From positions 869,471-933,470 of the forward strand of contig JAXLTY010000001.1 in NCBI GenBank assembly GCA_046329815.1: 64,000 nt of DNA. The letters are read 5' to 3'. Under the pieces are notes generated by a model. The model was not told the origin of the DNA. It saw only the letters and a program-made list of their open reading frames with translations, and did no database searches. Shown in pieces: positions 39,875 to 51,093 of the stretch (position 1 is its first letter; every line of letters begins with the position of its first letter). The DNA comes from Chitinophagales bacterium (GTDB lineage: Bacteria > Bacteroidota > Bacteroidia > Chitinophagales > JADIYW01). Position numbers and translations under genes: made by a program.

Positions 39875-40120
39875 TTATTTCATTTTACTTTTTAATAATT
39901 TTTCGATTCTATTTTTACTTTCTTTTGCTGTAATCACTTTAGTTTTGCCTGTTTTGTAATCATGTTGTCTTTTATCCAATTCATTTTTTAATTCTTCTGA
40001 ATACGCTAACGATGCAGATTTTATTTCATCTTCCACAATTGTATAGATTGCTTTTAGTTTTTTTTCATCTGCAATTTCAAGATAATTATGCAAGGATTGT
40101 TTTATAACAGACAGGGTCAT
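39875..40120 (-). CDS. Putative antitoxin / addiction-module partner
   Basis: 81-aa helical, charged protein immediately upstream of the ParE-like gene. Confidence 0.5.
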   Translation of the reverse strand: MTLSVIKQSLHNYLEIADEKKLKAIYTIVEDEIKSASLAYSEELKNELDKRQHDYKTGKTKVITAKESKNRIEKLLKSKMK

Positions 40121-40162
40121 CTTTTTAATTTATTGTAAGTTAACCTAATTTTTATTAGTTAT

Positions 40163-40201
40163 CAAAAATAAAAAAAGGATAGCAAATAATGCTATCCTTT
40201 T
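40163..40201 (-). terminator. Intrinsic terminator after rplQ (end of the ribosomal super-operon)
   Basis: 11-bp stem aaaggatagca/tgctatccttt (40174-40184 / 40190-40200) followed on the minus strand by a U-tract (plus A-run 40163-40176). Confidence 0.6.
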
Positions 40202-40224
40202 GTATGTGTTGAAAAAATCATTTC

Positions 40225-40761
40225 TTATTCTTCTGTTTTTTCTTCCGTTGCGGTTGGTGTTTCTTCTGTTGTAGCTACCTCATCTTTCACTTCTTCCACT
40301 TTTTCTTCTACTACTTGCGCTGTTTCCGCTTTTTTCGAAGCACCTGAACGACGTGTTTTCTTTTTTGGTTCTGCCACTGCTGTTGCTTTTGGTTTATATA
40401 CTTCGTTGAAGTCAACCAATTCGATTAATGCTACTTCTGCCGCATCACCTTGGCGTTGACCTAATCGAACGATACGTGTGTATCCACCAGGACGATCACC
40501 TACTTTTGGCGCTACAACATCAAACAATTCTTTCGCTGCTGATTTATCTTGTAAATAAGAAAACGCATCACGACGTGAATGTGTAGTGTTGTTTTTTGCT
40601 TTAGTAATTAATGGTTCAACATAACCACGTAATTCTTTTGCTTTTGCTAACGTAGTTTCGATACGTTTGTGTGTAAACAAAGCAACCGCTAAGTTTTTCA
40701 ATAAAGCAGCACGGTGTCCGTATGTTCTGCCTAAATGATTTATTTTATTTCCGTGTCTCAT
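40225..40761 (-). CDS. rplQ: 50S ribosomal protein L17 (with acidic/K-rich C-terminal extension)
   Basis: [26 protein letters not shown]17 N-terminus; follows rpoA. Confidence 0.9.
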   Translation of the reverse strand: MRHGNKINHLGRTYGHRAALLKNLAVALFTHKRIETTLAKAKELRGYVEPLITKAKNNTTHSRRDAFSYLQDKSAAKELFDVVAPKVGDRPGGYTRIVRLGQRQGDAAEVALIELVDFNEVYKPKATAVAEPKKKTRRSGASKKAETAQVVEEKVEEVKDEVATTEETPTATEEKTEE

Positions 40762-40788
40762 CTCAATTTATTTAAATAGGTAGTATTT

Positions 40789-40840
40789 CGAGTATTCAGT
40801 ATGCAGTTACTGCCTACTGCCTACTGCTTACTTTTTATTA
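40789..40840 (-). repeat. Heptamer-based intergenic repeat element, copy 2, in the rpoA-rplQ spacer
   Basis: cgagtattcagtatgcagt + (tactgcc)x3 + tactttttattac; the core matches copy 1 at 14410-14461. Confidence 0.5.
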
Positions 40841-40856
40841 CTTATTACTATTTTTT

Positions 40857-41852
40857 TTAGTCTTCTAATTTGAATTTAGATAAATCCATGCCGAAGTGCA
40901 TACCTTTTTCGATGATCAGTTCTTCGATCTCTACTAAAGATTTACGGCCAAAGTTTCTGAATTTCAATAATTCGTTGGTATCGTACTGCACTAATTCAGA
41001 TAATGAATTGATTTTCGCTGCTTTTAAACAGTTGTATGCACGCACTGATAAATCTAAATCTTCCAAAGGTGTTTTTAAGATTTTACGCATGTGTAAAATA
41101 TGCTCATCAACCACTTCTTCCTGTCCTTTTTCTTCAGAGTTGAATGTGATGTTTTCATCAGACACCAACATCAAATGTTGAATCAAAATCTTAGCGGCTT
41201 CTTTCACTGCATCTTCCGGATGAATGGTACCATCTGTTTTTACATCGATGATCAATTTTTCGAAATCTGTACGTTGTTCAACACGCGTATTTTCTATTTT
41301 GTAACGAACGTTTTTGATTGGAGTGTAGATAGAATCTACTGGAATCAAACCAACGATAGAATTATCTACATAGTGTTCTTCAGCAGCTACATAACCACGA
41401 CCTTTACCGATAGAAATTTCTAACTCTAAATGAACATTTTTTTCCATGTTGCAAATCACTAAATCAGGATTTGTAACTGAGAAAACGTTAGTATGTGCTT
41501 CGATATCGCCTGCAGTAAATTGTTCTTTACCTTTTAATGAAATGTATATTTTTTCAAAACCAGCATCAACATCCTGTAATACTCTTTTTAAACGAACTTG
41601 TTTGATATTTAATACCATTTCTGTTACGTCTTCAATAACGCCTTTGATGGTAGAAAATTCGTGATTAACACCGGCAATTTTGATTGCAGTGATTGCGTAA
41701 CCTTCCAAAGAAGATAATAATACACGACGAAGTGCATTACCGATGGTGTTTCCAAAACCAGGTTCCAGCGGTGCGAATTCAAATGTACCTTCGAAGTCGG
41801 TTGCTTTTTGTAAAAGAATCTTGTCTGGTTTCTGAAATGATAAAATTGCCAT
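40857..41852 (-). CDS. rpoA: DNA-directed RNA polymerase subunit alpha
   Basis: 331 aa; N-terminal dimerisation domain and C-terminal CTD ([20 protein letters not shown]). Confidence 0.95.
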   Translation of the reverse strand: MAILSFQKPDKILLQKATDFEGTFEFAPLEPGFGNTIGNALRRVLLSSLEGYAITAIKIAGVNHEFSTIKGVIEDVTEMVLNIKQVRLKRVLQDVDAGFEKIYISLKGKEQFTAGDIEAHTNVFSVTNPDLVICNMEKNVHLELEISIGKGRGYVAAEEHYVDNSIVGLIPVDSIYTPIKNVRYKIENTRVEQRTDFEKLIIDVKTDGTIHPEDAVKEAAKILIQHLMLVSDENITFNSEEKGQEEVVDEHILHMRKILKTPLEDLDLSVRAYNCLKAAKINSLSELVQYDTNELLKFRNFGRKSLVEIEELIIEKGMHFGMDLSKFKLED

Positions 41853-41927
41853 AATTAGTTATTTATTTTTAAAGGTTAATTCTGAATATTCCGACTTCCT
41901 GCCGAAACTTCGCTTCAAAAAAAATTA

Positions 41928-42536
41928 TTATTTAGAATATAGTTCGACAATCAACTGTTCCTTGATGTTCTCAGGAATTTGATCTCTGTTTGGAATTTCA
42001 ACGTATTTTCCTTCCAATTTTTCTGTATTCAGTTCCAACCAACCGTATTTTTTCACGCCGTTTGATTTCAATGTATCCTGAACAACATCTAAGTTTTTAG
42101 ATTTTTCACGAACACTAACGATATCACCAACTTTGATCGTGCAAGATGGAATATTTACGATTCTTCCATTTACAGTGATGTGTTTGTGACTTACCAACTG
42201 ACGAGCTGCGCTGCGTGTTGGAGCAAAACCTAAACGGAAAACAGTATTGTCTAAGCGTTGCTCTAATAAACGTAATAAGTTTTCACCTTTTACACCATGT
42301 TTACGAGAAGCTTCTTCGAATGTTTTGTAGAATTGACGCTCTAAAACACCGTAAGTATATTTCGCTTTTTGTTTTTCTTTCAATTGAACTGCATACTCCG
42401 ATTTAGTTCCTTTTTTTCTGGAATTTCCATGCTGACCCGGAGCATATTTGCGTTTTTCAAACGCTTTATCATATCCGTAGATCGCTTCTCCGAATGTTCT
42501 TGATTTTTTGGTACGAGGTCCTGTATATCTTGCCAT
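41928..42536 (-). CDS. rpsD: 30S ribosomal protein S4
   Basis: [17 protein letters not shown]... S4 N-terminus. Confidence 0.95.
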   Translation of the reverse strand: MARYTGPRTKKSRTFGEAIYGYDKAFEKRKYAPGQHGNSRKKGTKSEYAVQLKEKQKAKYTYGVLERQFYKTFEEASRKHGVKGENLLRLLEQRLDNTVFRLGFAPTRSAARQLVSHKHITVNGRIVNIPSCTIKVGDIVSVREKSKNLDVVQDTLKSNGVKKYGWLELNTEKLEGKYVEIPNRDQIPENIKEQLIVELYSK

Positions 42537-42555
42537 TGTATATTCTTCTTAAAAA

Positions 42556-42948
42556 TTAAACTCTTCTTTTCTTAGGTGGACGACAGCCATTGTGTGGTAA
42601 TGGTGTAACGTCGCGAATTACTGTTACTTCGATGCCTGCATTTCCGATAGTACGGATTGCTGATTCACGACCACCACCTGGTCCTTTCACAAATACTTCT
42701 ACTTTTCTTAAACCTGCTTCATATGCTTTAGTTCCTGCATCCTGTGCTGCCATCTGAGCTGCATACGGTGTGCTTTTTTTAGAACCTCTGAAACCACATT
42801 TACCTGCACTGCTCCAAGAAATTACCTGACCAGATTTATTGGTATAAGAAATGATTATGTTATTGAAAGATGCTTTAATGTAAGTGAAACCTTCAGCTTC
42901 TACTTTCACTACTCTTTTCTTTGCTACTTTTTTTGTTGCTTGTGCCAT
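42556..42948 (-). CDS. rpsK: 30S ribosomal protein S11
   Basis: S11 signature region ...[14 protein letters not shown]... Confidence 0.95.
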   Translation of the reverse strand: MAQATKKVAKKRVVKVEAEGFTYIKASFNNIIISYTNKSGQVISWSSAGKCGFRGSKKSTPYAAQMAAQDAGTKAYEAGLRKVEVFVKGPGGGRESAIRTIGNAGIEVTVIRDVTPLPHNGCRPPKKRRV

Positions 42949-42969
42949 TTGTATTAGACTTACAATTTA

Positions 42970-43347
42970 TTATTTAGTTACTTTCTTTTTACCTGCAACC
43001 GTTTTGCGTTTACCTTTACGAGTACGCGCGTTACGTTTTGTGCTTTGACCATTAACCGGTAAACCTTTACGATGACGGATGCCTCTGTAAGAACCGATGT
43101 CCATTAAACGTTTGATGTTTAACTGAACTTCTGAACGAAGAGCGCCTTCTACTTTAAATTCAGCAGTGATAGCATTACGAATAGCAGTTGCTTCATCGTC
43201 ATTCCATTCGTGTACTTTTTTTTGTGGATCTACATTTGCAGTTGCTAAGATAGCTGCCGCAGAAGAACGACCGATTCCATAGATATACGTTAATGCTACG
43301 AAACCTTTTTTGTTTTTTGGTAGATCTATACCTGATACTCTTGCCAT
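42970..43347 (-). CDS. rpsM: 30S ribosomal protein S13
   Basis: [26 protein letters not shown]. Confidence 0.95.
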   Translation of the reverse strand: MARVSGIDLPKNKKGFVALTYIYGIGRSSAAAILATANVDPQKKVHEWNDDEATAIRNAITAEFKVEGALRSEVQLNIKRLMDIGSYRGIRHRKGLPVNGQSTKRNARTRKGKRKTVAGKKKVTK

Positions 43348-43351
43348 AGTA

Positions 43352-43468
43352 TTATCCTTGTCTTTGTTTAAATTTTGGATTCTTTTTGTTCACTACATAC
43401 ACTCTGCCCTTTCTGCGTACAATGATGCAGTCTTCGCTTCGTTTTTTTACAGATGCTTTTACCTTCAT
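43352..43468 (-). CDS. rpmJ: 50S ribosomal protein L36
   Basis: Hand-translated 38-aa [41 protein letters not shown] between infA and rpsM; below the ORF-track size cut-off. Confidence 0.85.
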   Translation of the reverse strand: MKVKASVKKRSEDCIIVRRKGRVYVVNKKNPKFKQRQG

Positions 43469-43486
43469 GGTATTAATTCTTTAAAT

Positions 43487-43705
43487 TTATTTATATCTAA
43501 AAGTTATTCTTCCTCTGGAGAGATCATACGGAGAAATTTCAACCGCGACTTTGTCGCCCGGCAGGATTCGTATATAGTTCATACGCATTTTACCGGATAT
43601 TGTAGCTAAAATCTCGTGACCGTTTTCCAACTTTACTCTAAACATTGCGTTAGACAAAGCTTCTGTGATCGTACCATCCAATTTTATTAAATCTGTCTTA
43701 CCCAT
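43487..43705 (-). CDS. infA: Translation initiation factor IF-1
   Basis: 72 aa; S1-like OB fold ...[16 protein letters not shown]... Confidence 0.95.
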   Translation of the reverse strand: MGKTDLIKLDGTITEALSNAMFRVKLENGHEILATISGKMRMNYIRILPGDKVAVEISPYDLSRGRITFRYK

Positions 43706-43733
43706 AATTTTCGGACTGCAAATATCGGTATAT

Positions 43734-44534
43734 TTATCGAAAATCCTTAATATATTCTGACTTTTTTATCGCCTCGAATATTAAATTATGGTCACTAAGT
43801 ATGTCTGCTTTTCCGCGTTTTACTGCAATTGTATGCTCAAAATGTGCGGATGGCTTTCCATCTTTAGTGATGATCGTCCATTTGTCGGCTAATGTGCGCA
43901 CTTCAAACGTGCCCATATTAATCATCGGTTCAATAGCAAGTACTAAACCTTCCTGTAACAAAGGACCTTTTCCTCTTTTGCCGTAATTCGGCACTTGCGG
44001 ATCCTCATGTAATTCTTTTCCTACACCATGTCCAACCAAATCGCGAACAACTCCGTATTTATGCGTAAACTCGCAATAATCCTGAATTGCAAACGAAATG
44101 TCACCGACACGGTTTCCAACTACTGCTTTTTCAATTCCTAAATACAAAGAATTCAACGTTACCTGAAGTAACTTCTGAACATCTGCAGGAACATCGCCGA
44201 TTGGAAATGTAAAGGCCGAATCGCCATGATAACCATCTTTATAAACGCCGCAATCAACCGATAAAATATCACCTTCTTTGATTTCTCTATCTGAAGGAAA
44301 ACCGTGCACTACCTGTTCGTTTACTGAAATACAAAGTGTAGCAGGAAATCCGCCATATCCTTTGAAAGATGGAGTTCCGCCGTTATCTCTGATAAATTGT
44401 TCTGCAATTTCATCCAGTTTCGAGGTTTTAACACCGGGTTTTATATATTCTACCAAAAGCGCGTGCGTCTGGCTTACTAACAAAGAACTTTTTCTTACAA
44501 TTTCAATTTCTTCAGGAGTTTTTAACTGTATCAT
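43734..44534 (-). CDS. map: Methionine aminopeptidase, type I
   Basis: Pita-bread fold metal-ligand blocks (VVHG, DxGxxxDG, HGVGxxLHE). Confidence 0.9.
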   Translation of the reverse strand: MIQLKTPEEIEIVRKSSLLVSQTHALLVEYIKPGVKTSKLDEIAEQFIRDNGGTPSFKGYGGFPATLCISVNEQVVHGFPSDREIKEGDILSVDCGVYKDGYHGDSAFTFPIGDVPADVQKLLQVTLNSLYLGIEKAVVGNRVGDISFAIQDYCEFTHKYGVVRDLVGHGVGKELHEDPQVPNYGKRGKGPLLQEGLVLAIEPMINMGTFEVRTLADKWTIITKDGKPSAHFEHTIAVKRGKADILSDHNLIFEAIKKSEYIKDFR

Positions 44535-44548
44535 TTTCTCCTTTAGAA

Positions 44549-45889
44549 CTATTGATAATCATTATTCACTAAATTTCTTCCGCGAATTTTAGCGCCTGAT
44601 TTTGTTAAACCATCGTAGTGACGGCTCAATAAGTGTGAATTGATTTGCTGCATCGTATCTAATACTACTGATACTAAGATCAATAACGAAGTACCACCAA
44701 AGAAATATGCAAACTGGCTGTTTACACCTAATACTTTAGCAAATGCAGGCATGATAGCAATTAAACCTAAGAATACAGAACCTGGTAATGTAATTCTTGA
44801 TAAAACCGTATCAATATATTCAGCAGTGTTTGCACCAGGTTTTACACCAGGAATGAAACCGTTGCTTCTTTTCAAATCATCAGCCATTTGTACCGGATTC
44901 ATAATTAAAGCCGTGTAGAAATAAGTGAATAATACTACCATTAAGAACATAACGATATTATATGGCAATGATGTGAAATCTGTAACTGAACGCAAGAAAC
45001 CTGCTGCAGGACTATCCGGGAACAATTGTAAGATTGTTGTTGGAATAAATAAAAACGCCTGAGCAAAGATGATTGGCATTACACCAGCAATATTTACTTT
45101 TAATGGTAAGAAACCTCTGCGTTGTGCCGCTGCTGCGTTTCCGCCACCAGACATTTGTTTTGCATACGTCAAAGGAACTTTACGAATTGCCTGAATCAAC
45201 ATAATTGTTGAGATGACAACACCAGCCAATAAAGCTAATTCCAAAATCAACATTAAAATTCCGCTACCACCAGCAGTAAATCTTGCTTTTGCTTCTTCCC
45301 AAAAGGAACCTGGTAAACGCGAAATGATATTTGACATGATGATGATAGAAGTACCATTTCCTAAACCACGCTCCTGAATTTGTTCACCTAACCACATTAC
45401 AAATATGGTTCCTGCAACCAATACCAGCATTGTAGAAATAGTCAATAATACCGGAGAAATACCTGACGCAACGATACCTTGTGAATATAAGAATTTCGTA
45501 TAAGCAAAACCTTGTACAGCAGCTACTAACACAGCCAGATATCTTGTCCATTGTGTAATTTTTTTTCTGCCTGTTTCGCCTTCTTTTTGTATTTTCTGAA
45601 ATTTAGGTACAGCTAACGTTAATAGCTGAACTACGATAGATGCAGAAATATAAGGCATGATACCTAATGCAAAAATGGATGCTTTTGTGAAAGCACCACC
45701 TGCAAATAAATCGAATACCTGGAATATACCTGTTGCGGAGCCGGAAGATAATTTTCCCGGAATTACACCTGGTAATACTACAAAACAACCTAAGCGATAG
45801 ATAAATAATAAACCTAAGGTCAAGAAAATTCTTTTTCTTAAGTCTTCTATGCTGAAGATATTTTTTAATGTATCAAAAAATTGTTTCAT
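44549..45889 (-). CDS. secY: Preprotein translocase subunit SecY
   Basis: 10-TM protein in the conserved spc-operon position. Confidence 0.95.
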   Translation of the reverse strand: MKQFFDTLKNIFSIEDLRKRIFLTLGLLFIYRLGCFVVLPGVIPGKLSSGSATGIFQVFDLFAGGAFTKASIFALGIMPYISASIVVQLLTLAVPKFQKIQKEGETGRKKITQWTRYLAVLVAAVQGFAYTKFLYSQGIVASGISPVLLTISTMLVLVAGTIFVMWLGEQIQERGLGNGTSIIIMSNIISRLPGSFWEEAKARFTAGGSGILMLILELALLAGVVISTIMLIQAIRKVPLTYAKQMSGGGNAAAAQRRGFLPLKVNIAGVMPIIFAQAFLFIPTTILQLFPDSPAAGFLRSVTDFTSLPYNIVMFLMVVLFTYFYTALIMNPVQMADDLKRSNGFIPGVKPGANTAEYIDTVLSRITLPGSVFLGLIAIMPAFAKVLGVNSQFAYFFGGTSLLILVSVVLDTMQQINSHLLSRHYDGLTKSGAKIRGRNLVNNDYQ

Positions 45890-45923
45890 GTGTTGTCTTA
45901 TTCTAACAATTGATTATACAATC

Positions 45924-46379
45924 TTACGCAATAACAGTTGCTGTTCCGCTGTTTGCTTCGATTGCTTCTTTAGCTTTTGTACTGAATGCGTGTGCAGTAA
46001 CATTGAATGTACCTTTTAATTCGCCGTTTGCCAAGATTTTAATTTTATCTGACTTACGAACTAATTTCAATGATCTGTATGTTTCAAAGTTGAAATCTTT
46101 GATGTTATTTTTTGCTGCTAATTCGCTTAATTCAGCCAAGTTCAATGTTCTGAATTCAACACGGTTATTATTTTTGAAACCACGTTTTGGTAAACGACGT
46201 TGCAATGGCATTTGTCCGCCTTCAAAACCCCTTTTTGATTTATAACCTGAACGAGATTTCGCACCTTTGTGACCTTTTCCCGCTGTTCCGCCTGAACCTG
46301 AACCTTCACCACGAGCGATACGTTTGCGAGTTTTTGTGGCACCTTTAGCCGGTCTTAAATTATTTAAACTGATACTCAT
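45924..46379 (-). CDS. rplO: 50S ribosomal protein L15
   Basis: Gly-rich N-terminus RGEGSGSGGTAGKGHKG. Confidence 0.9.
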   Translation of the reverse strand: MSISLNNLRPAKGATKTRKRIARGEGSGSGGTAGKGHKGAKSRSGYKSKRGFEGGQMPLQRRLPKRGFKNNNRVEFRTLNLAELSELAAKNNIKDFNFETYRSLKLVRKSDKIKILANGELKGTFNVTAHAFSTKAKEAIEANSGTATVIA

Positions 46380-46384
46380 TATTC

Positions 46385-46564
46385 TTAGATATTTTCTACC
46401 GTTACTAAATGTTTTACTTTAGCTACCATACCTAACACTTGTGGTGTAGCTTCTTTCTCAACGCTTCTGTTTACTTTTTGGATACCTAATGCTTTGATGG
46501 TATCTTTTTGGCGTTGACTTCTGTCGATTGTACTCTTAATCTGAGTGATTTTAATTTTAGACAT
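46385..46564 (-). CDS. rpmD: 50S ribosomal protein L30
   Basis: Hand-translated 59-aa ORF MSKIKITQIKSTIDRSQRQKDTIKALGIQKVNRSV... between rpsE and rplO; missing from the ORF track. Confidence 0.85.
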   Translation of the reverse strand: MSKIKITQIKSTIDRSQRQKDTIKALGIQKVNRSVEKEATPQVLGMVAKVKHLVTVENI

Positions 46565-46568
46565 ACTA

Positions 46569-47090
46569 TTAACCGTTAAATACTTTAGTCAATTTAATTC
46601 CTCTATCTCTTGCTACGCGGAATGGATCTCTTAATAAAGTTAATGCGTGAATTGTGGCTTTAACAACGTTATGCGGATTTGCAGATCCTAATGATTTTGC
46701 CAATACGTCATGAACGCCAGCGCTTTCTAACACAGCACGCATAGAACCTCCAGCAATAACACCTGTACCTTGTGATGCCGGTTTGATCAATACTTTCGCG
46801 CCATCGAATTCTGCTAACTGATCGTGTGGAATAGTTCCTTTTAAAACCGGAACTTTTACCAAATTTTTCTTAGCATCATCGATACCTTTTTGGATAGCTT
46901 CCTGTACCTCACGCGCTTTTCCTAAGCCGTGACCTACAGTGCCTTGTCCATCGCCTACTACTACTAACGCAGAAAAGCTGAATGTACGACCACCTTTGGT
47001 AACTTTAGCAACACGTTGAATACCTACCACTTTTTCTTTCAGTTCCAGGTCGCCTGCTGTTCTTACTTTATTTTCTTTTACTTTTGACAT
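46569..47090 (-). CDS. rpsE: 30S ribosomal protein S5
   Basis: ...[24 protein letters not shown]... Confidence 0.95.
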   Translation of the reverse strand: MSKVKENKVRTAGDLELKEKVVGIQRVAKVTKGGRTFSFSALVVVGDGQGTVGHGLGKAREVQEAIQKGIDDAKKNLVKVPVLKGTIPHDQLAEFDGAKVLIKPASQGTGVIAGGSMRAVLESAGVHDVLAKSLGSANPHNVVKATIHALTLLRDPFRVARDRGIKLTKVFNG

Positions 47091-47107
47091 ATTTTATTCC
47101 TTATGAA

Positions 47108-47449
47108 TTAGAATTGTAAACCGTTTTCTCTTGCAGCATCAGCCAATGCTTTGATTCTGCCATGATATAAAAATCCGTTTCTATCAAAAACTACTGTTGT
47201 GATATTTGCTTCTTTTGCTTTACCAGCAATTGCAGCACCTACCGCTTTAGCTTGTTCTGTTTTGTTGCCTTTTTCTTTAAGAGAAGAAACAGAAACTACT
47301 GTTTTCTTTGCAACATCGTCAATAATTTGCGCATAGATTTCGCTATTGCTTTTGAACACTGTCAATCGTGGACGATCTGCTGTGCCTGCAAATTTTTTGC
47401 GGATGCTATATTTTATTTTTTCTCTTCTTGATAATTTCACTATTGGCAT
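47108..47449 (-). CDS. rplR: 50S ribosomal protein L18
   Basis: Position and size; ...[18 protein letters not shown]... Confidence 0.9.
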   Translation of the reverse strand: MPIVKLSRREKIKYSIRKKFAGTADRPRLTVFKSNSEIYAQIIDDVAKKTVVSVSSLKEKGNKTEQAKAVGAAIAGKAKEANITTVVFDRNGFLYHGRIKALADAARENGLQF

Positions 47450-47467
47450 GACAATAAATTTTAATTG

Positions 47468-48025
47468 TTATTTTTTACCTGCAGATTTTCCTGCTTTTTT
47501 ACGCAATACTTCACCTTGGTATTTGATACCTTTTCCTTTGTATGGTTCAGGTTTTCTTAAGCTTCTGATTTTCGCTGCAACCTGACCGATCAATTGTTTA
47601 TCGTTGCTTTCCAGGATAACACGTGGCGGCTGTCCTTTTTCAGTTACGGTTGACACTTTGATCTCATCCGGTAACAATACATAAATTGGATGCGAGAAAC
47701 CGATTGATAACTCTAACAACTGACCTTGGTTGCTTGCACGAAAACCTACACCGACAACTTCCAGTGTTTTAGTGTAACCTGTGCTTGCACCAATCACCAT
47801 GTTATTTACCAAAGCTCTGTATAAACCATGTAATGCTTTGTGTCTTTTTTGATCTGTTGGTCTTTCCAACGTTATTTTTCCGTCTTCTACTTTAACAGTT
47901 ATATCTCTGTCTAATTTTTCAGACAATGTTCCTTTTGGCCCTTTTACTGTGATTACGTTATTATCTGCAACGCTCACTTCAGTTTTTGCCGGTATTGATA
48001 TTGGTAATTTTCCTACGCGTGACAT
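47468..48025 (-). CDS. rplF: 50S ribosomal protein L6
   Basis: MSRVGKLPISIP... Confidence 0.95.
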   Translation of the reverse strand: MSRVGKLPISIPAKTEVSVADNNVITVKGPKGTLSEKLDRDITVKVEDGKITLERPTDQKRHKALHGLYRALVNNMVIGASTGYTKTLEVVGVGFRASNQGQLLELSIGFSHPIYVLLPDEIKVSTVTEKGQPPRVILESNDKQLIGQVAAKIRSLRKPEPYKGKGIKYQGEVLRKKAGKSAGKK

Positions 48026-48035
48026 GACTTTGTTT

Positions 48036-48434
48036 TTAAGATACTATGCAAATAATTTCACCACCTACTTTAAGGTTTTTAGCTTGTTTATCAGTCAAAA
48101 TTCCTTTTGATGTAGATAAGATCGCTAAACCTAAGCCGTTTTTTACTCTTGGAATACCAGCTACGTGCGCATAACGACGCAAACCTGGCTTTGATATTCT
48201 GATCAATTCTCTGATAGCCGGTTCTTTAGTTTCAGGATTGTATTTTAATGCAATCTTGATTGTTCCCTGTGGACCATCTTCTTCGAATTTGAATTTTAAG
48301 ATATAACCGTTCTCGTGTAAGATTTCAGTTAATTTCTTTTTCATGTTAGAAGCAGGAATGTCAACGATCATGTGACCAGCGAGTTGTGCATTTCTGATTC
48401 TTGTTAGAAAATCTGCTATTGGATCTGTAACCAT
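48036..48434 (-). CDS. rpsH: 30S ribosomal protein S8
   Basis: [16 protein letters not shown]... Confidence 0.95.
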   Translation of the reverse strand: MVTDPIADFLTRIRNAQLAGHMIVDIPASNMKKKLTEILHENGYILKFKFEEDGPQGTIKIALKYNPETKEPAIRELIRISKPGLRRYAHVAGIPRVKNGLGLAILSTSKGILTDKQAKNLKVGGEIICIVS

Positions 48435-48535
48435 TTTTATTGTTTGTTTTAGACCGCTTAGATGTGAGACTTAAGTCGTTGTCGGCTCAGTTTCCCACCT
48501 TCACTTTTTATTTTTAAAAATTATTTTTCTCTTTA

Positions 48536-48805
48536 TTACCAGCTTGCTTTAGATAATCCCGGAATCATACCGTAGCTTGCTAAGTCTCTGAACTGGATTC
48601 TTGAAATTCCGAAGAATCCGATATAACCGCGTGGACGACCTGTTAATTTACATCTGTTTCTGTAACGCACCGGTGAAGCATTTTTCGGAAGTTTATCCAA
48701 TGCTGCATAGTCGCCTGCTTTTTTTAATTCATCGCGTTTTGCTTTGTATTTTGTGATTAATTTTAATCGCTTAGCATCGCGTGCTTTCATTGATTCTTTT
48801 GCCAT
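48536..48805 (-). CDS. rpsN: 30S ribosomal protein S14
   Basis: [13 protein letters not shown]...[10 protein letters not shown]. Confidence 0.9.
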   Translation of the reverse strand: MAKESMKARDAKRLKLITKYKAKRDELKKAGDYAALDKLPKNASPVRYRNRCKLTGRPRGYIGFFGISRIQFRDLASYGMIPGLSKASW

Positions 48806-48808
48806 GTG

Positions 48809-49360
48809 TTATTTTTTTCTGAATGGTAAACCAATTTCTTTTAATAATGAATGTGCTTCGTCATCAGTGTTTGCTGTAGTCACGAACGTGATGTCCATAC
48901 CGCTGATGCGTGCTATTTTGTCGATATCGATTTCCGGAAAAATGATATGCTCTGTGATACCTAATGTATAGTTTCCTCTTCCGTCAAACGATTTCTCGTT
49001 GATACCTTTGAAGTCACGTACCTGTGGTAGTGCCACAGCCATTAATCTTTCCAAGAACTCGTACATTCTTTCGCCACGCAATGTTACACGTACACCAATC
49101 GGTAAGTCTTCTCTTAATTTGAAGTTAGAGATCGCTTTTTTAGATTTGGTAGCTACTGCTTTTTGTCCGGCAATTCTTGAAATTTCGTCGATTGAATTAT
49201 CGATCAATTTTTTGTCGCCAACTGCTGCGCCAACACCTTGATTGATTACAATCTTAGTTAATTTAGGCACTTGCATCACTGATTTATAGTTATACTGTTT
49301 TTTCAAAGCAGGTACTACTTGTTCAGTGTATTTTTTCTTTAATGTAGGAATATAACTCAT
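48809..49360 (-). CDS. rplE: 50S ribosomal protein L5
   Basis: Position and size in the spc operon. Confidence 0.9.
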   Translation of the reverse strand: MSYIPTLKKKYTEQVVPALKKQYNYKSVMQVPKLTKIVINQGVGAAVGDKKLIDNSIDEISRIAGQKAVATKSKKAISNFKLREDLPIGVRVTLRGERMYEFLERLMAVALPQVRDFKGINEKSFDGRGNYTLGITEHIIFPEIDIDKIARISGMDITFVTTANTDDEAHSLLKEIGLPFRKK

Positions 49361-49698
49361 TACTTAACTATTTCTCCTGTTTTTTTTGCAATTCTTACTG
49401 TTTTTCCATCTTCTACTTTTCTGCCGATTCTTGTCGGTTGTCCGTTCACCACTACTTTCAAGTTAGAAATATGGATAGGTGCTTCTTTTTTAATAATGCC
49501 ACCTTGTTGGTTTTGAGCGTTTGGTTTTGTGTGACGAGAAACGATATGCACGCCTTCTACCAAAGCACGGTTTTCTTTAGGATATACTTCCAATACTTTT
49601 CCTTTATCACCACGGTTATTGCCGCTGATAACGATAACGGTATCTCCTTTTTTTATTTTTAATTTAGGCGCAAAGCGCTTTTGTGTTGATGTACTCAT
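49360..49698 (-). CDS. rplX: 50S ribosomal protein L24
   Basis: ...[25 protein letters not shown]... KOW motif. Confidence 0.9.
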   Translation of the reverse strand: MSTSTQKRFAPKLKIKKGDTVIVISGNNRGDKGKVLEVYPKENRALVEGVHIVSRHTKPNAQNQQGGIIKKEAPIHISNLKVVVNGQPTRIGRKVEDGKTVRIAKKTGEIVK

Positions 49699-49702
49699 AA
49701 TA

Positions 49703-50071
49703 TTATAATACTTCAGGTGCTAATGAAATAATTTTCATAAAATCTTTATCTCTCAATTCTCTTGCAACTGGTCCGAAGATACGTGTACCGCGTGGTTCAT
49801 CATTGTTGTTCAACAATACTACTGCATTGTCATCAAAACGAATGTAAGTTCCGTCTTTGCGTTTCACTTCTTTTTTAGTTCTAACCACTACTGCTTTAGA
49901 AACTTGTTTCTTTTTTACGTTTCCGCCTGGCATCGCATCTTTTACAGATACTACGATTTTATCGCCGATGGACGCATAACGTGCTTTTGTGCCTTTCAAT
50001 ACTCTGATGCAAAGTACTTCTTTGGCGCCGCTGTTGTCAGCTACTCTTAATCTTGATTCTTGTTGTACCAT
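49703..50071 (-). CDS. rplN: 50S ribosomal protein L14
   Basis: [19 protein letters not shown]... Confidence 0.95.
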   Translation of the reverse strand: MVQQESRLRVADNSGAKEVLCIRVLKGTKARYASIGDKIVVSVKDAMPGGNVKKKQVSKAVVVRTKKEVKRKDGTYIRFDDNAVVLLNNNDEPRGTRIFGPVARELRDKDFMKIISLAPEVL

Positions 50072-50073
50072 TG

Positions 50074-50352
50074 TTATTTAGCTTTTTCAACGATTTCTAC
50101 TAATCTCCATCTTTTTGTTGCACTTAACGGACGCGTTTCCATAATCTTTACAGTATCGCCGATGTTGCACTCATTTTTTTCATCGTGTGCATGGAATTTC
50201 TTAGTTTTCTTTAAGAATTTACCATACTTTGGATGTTTTAGTTTACGAACTACAGAAACTGTAATTGTTTTTTCCATTTTATTAGAAGAAACTACTCCAA
50301 TTCTTGTTTTTCTTAACTGTCTTTCTGTTGTTGCCTCTGTTGACATTTGCAT
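50074..50352 (-). CDS. rpsQ: 30S ribosomal protein S17
   Basis: Position and size; ...[16 protein letters not shown]... Confidence 0.9.
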   Translation of the reverse strand: MQMSTEATTERQLRKTRIGVVSSNKMEKTITVSVVRKLKHPKYGKFLKKTKKFHAHDEKNECNIGDTVKIMETRPLSATKRWRLVEIVEKAK

Positions 50353-50356
50353 TTAT

Positions 50357-50569
50357 TTATGCTTGTTTAGATAATTGTCTTTTTCTCAATTCTGTTTGGA
50401 TACGTGCAATATGTTTTTTTGTTTCGCCTAAAACATTTGTGTTTTCCAATGGAGTGATTGCGTGGTTGAAACGTAATTTAGTCAGTTTCATTTTTGTTGC
50501 TGCTAATTCATCGTTCAACATTTCATCGCTCCAAGATGCTATTTCGCTGTATGCTGTTTCTGTTGCCAT
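50357..50569 (-). CDS. rpmC: 50S ribosomal protein L29
   Basis: 70 aa; ...ELAATKMKLTKLRFNHA... Confidence 0.85.
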   Translation of the reverse strand: MATETAYSEIASWSDEMLNDELAATKMKLTKLRFNHAITPLENTNVLGETKKHIARIQTELRKRQLSKQA

Positions 50570-50583
50570 CTTTTTTATTTTTA

Positions 50584-51006
50584 TTAGTTACCGTCGTAAT
50601 CTCTTCTTATTACCACTTTAGTTAACACCGGTAATTTTTGTGCTGCCAATCTTAATGATTCTTCAGCGATTTGTTTAGAAACGCCTTCGATCTCGAAAAT
50701 GATTCTGCCTGGTTTTACCACAGCCACCCAATGATCTAAAGAACCTTTACCTTTACCCATACGAACTTCGGCCGGTTTTTTAGTGATTGGTTTGTCCGGA
50801 AATATGTTGATCCAAACTTTACCTTCACGTTTCATGTGTCTTGTTAGTGCGATACGCGCAGCTTCAATCTGGCGGTCGGTTACCCAACTTTCTTCTAAAG
50901 ATTTCAATCCGAATGAACCGAAAGATAATTGCGAACCTTTGTACGCAAGTCCTTTCATTTTCATTTTATGAACTCTTCTAAATTTTACTCTTTTCGGTTG
51001 TAACAT
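50584..51006 (-). CDS. rplP: 50S ribosomal protein L16
   Basis: [19 protein letters not shown]... Confidence 0.95.
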   Translation of the reverse strand: MLQPKRVKFRRVHKMKMKGLAYKGSQLSFGSFGLKSLEESWVTDRQIEAARIALTRHMKREGKVWINIFPDKPITKKPAEVRMGKGKGSLDHWVAVVKPGRIIFEIEGVSKQIAEESLRLAAQKLPVLTKVVIRRDYDGN

Positions 51007-51019
51007 GATACCTTATTTT

Positions 51020-51054
51020 GATTTGAGATTTGAGATTTAAGATTTGAGATTTTG
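51020..51054. repeat. Heptanucleotide tandem repeat (gatttga x5, two degenerate) in the rpsC-rplP spacer
   Basis: Units start at 51020, 51027, 51034, 51041, 51048. On the mRNA the repeat reads AAAUCUC and ends 13 nt before the rplP AUG. Confidence 0.7.
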
Positions 51055-51093
51055 TCCATCCATCTTTTATCTTTCCTCATTTTTCTTATCTAA

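Noticed and set aside
16373-40224. Variable 24-kb stretch as a mobile or genomic island
   Set aside because: No integrase, transposase, tRNA target or flanking direct repeats seen. The genes look like ordinary lineage-specific chromosomal content, apart from the small TA pair.
51020-51054. Possible CRISPR array at the tandem repeat
   Set aside because: 7-nt units without spacers, only 35 bp in total; it is a microsatellite, not CRISPR.
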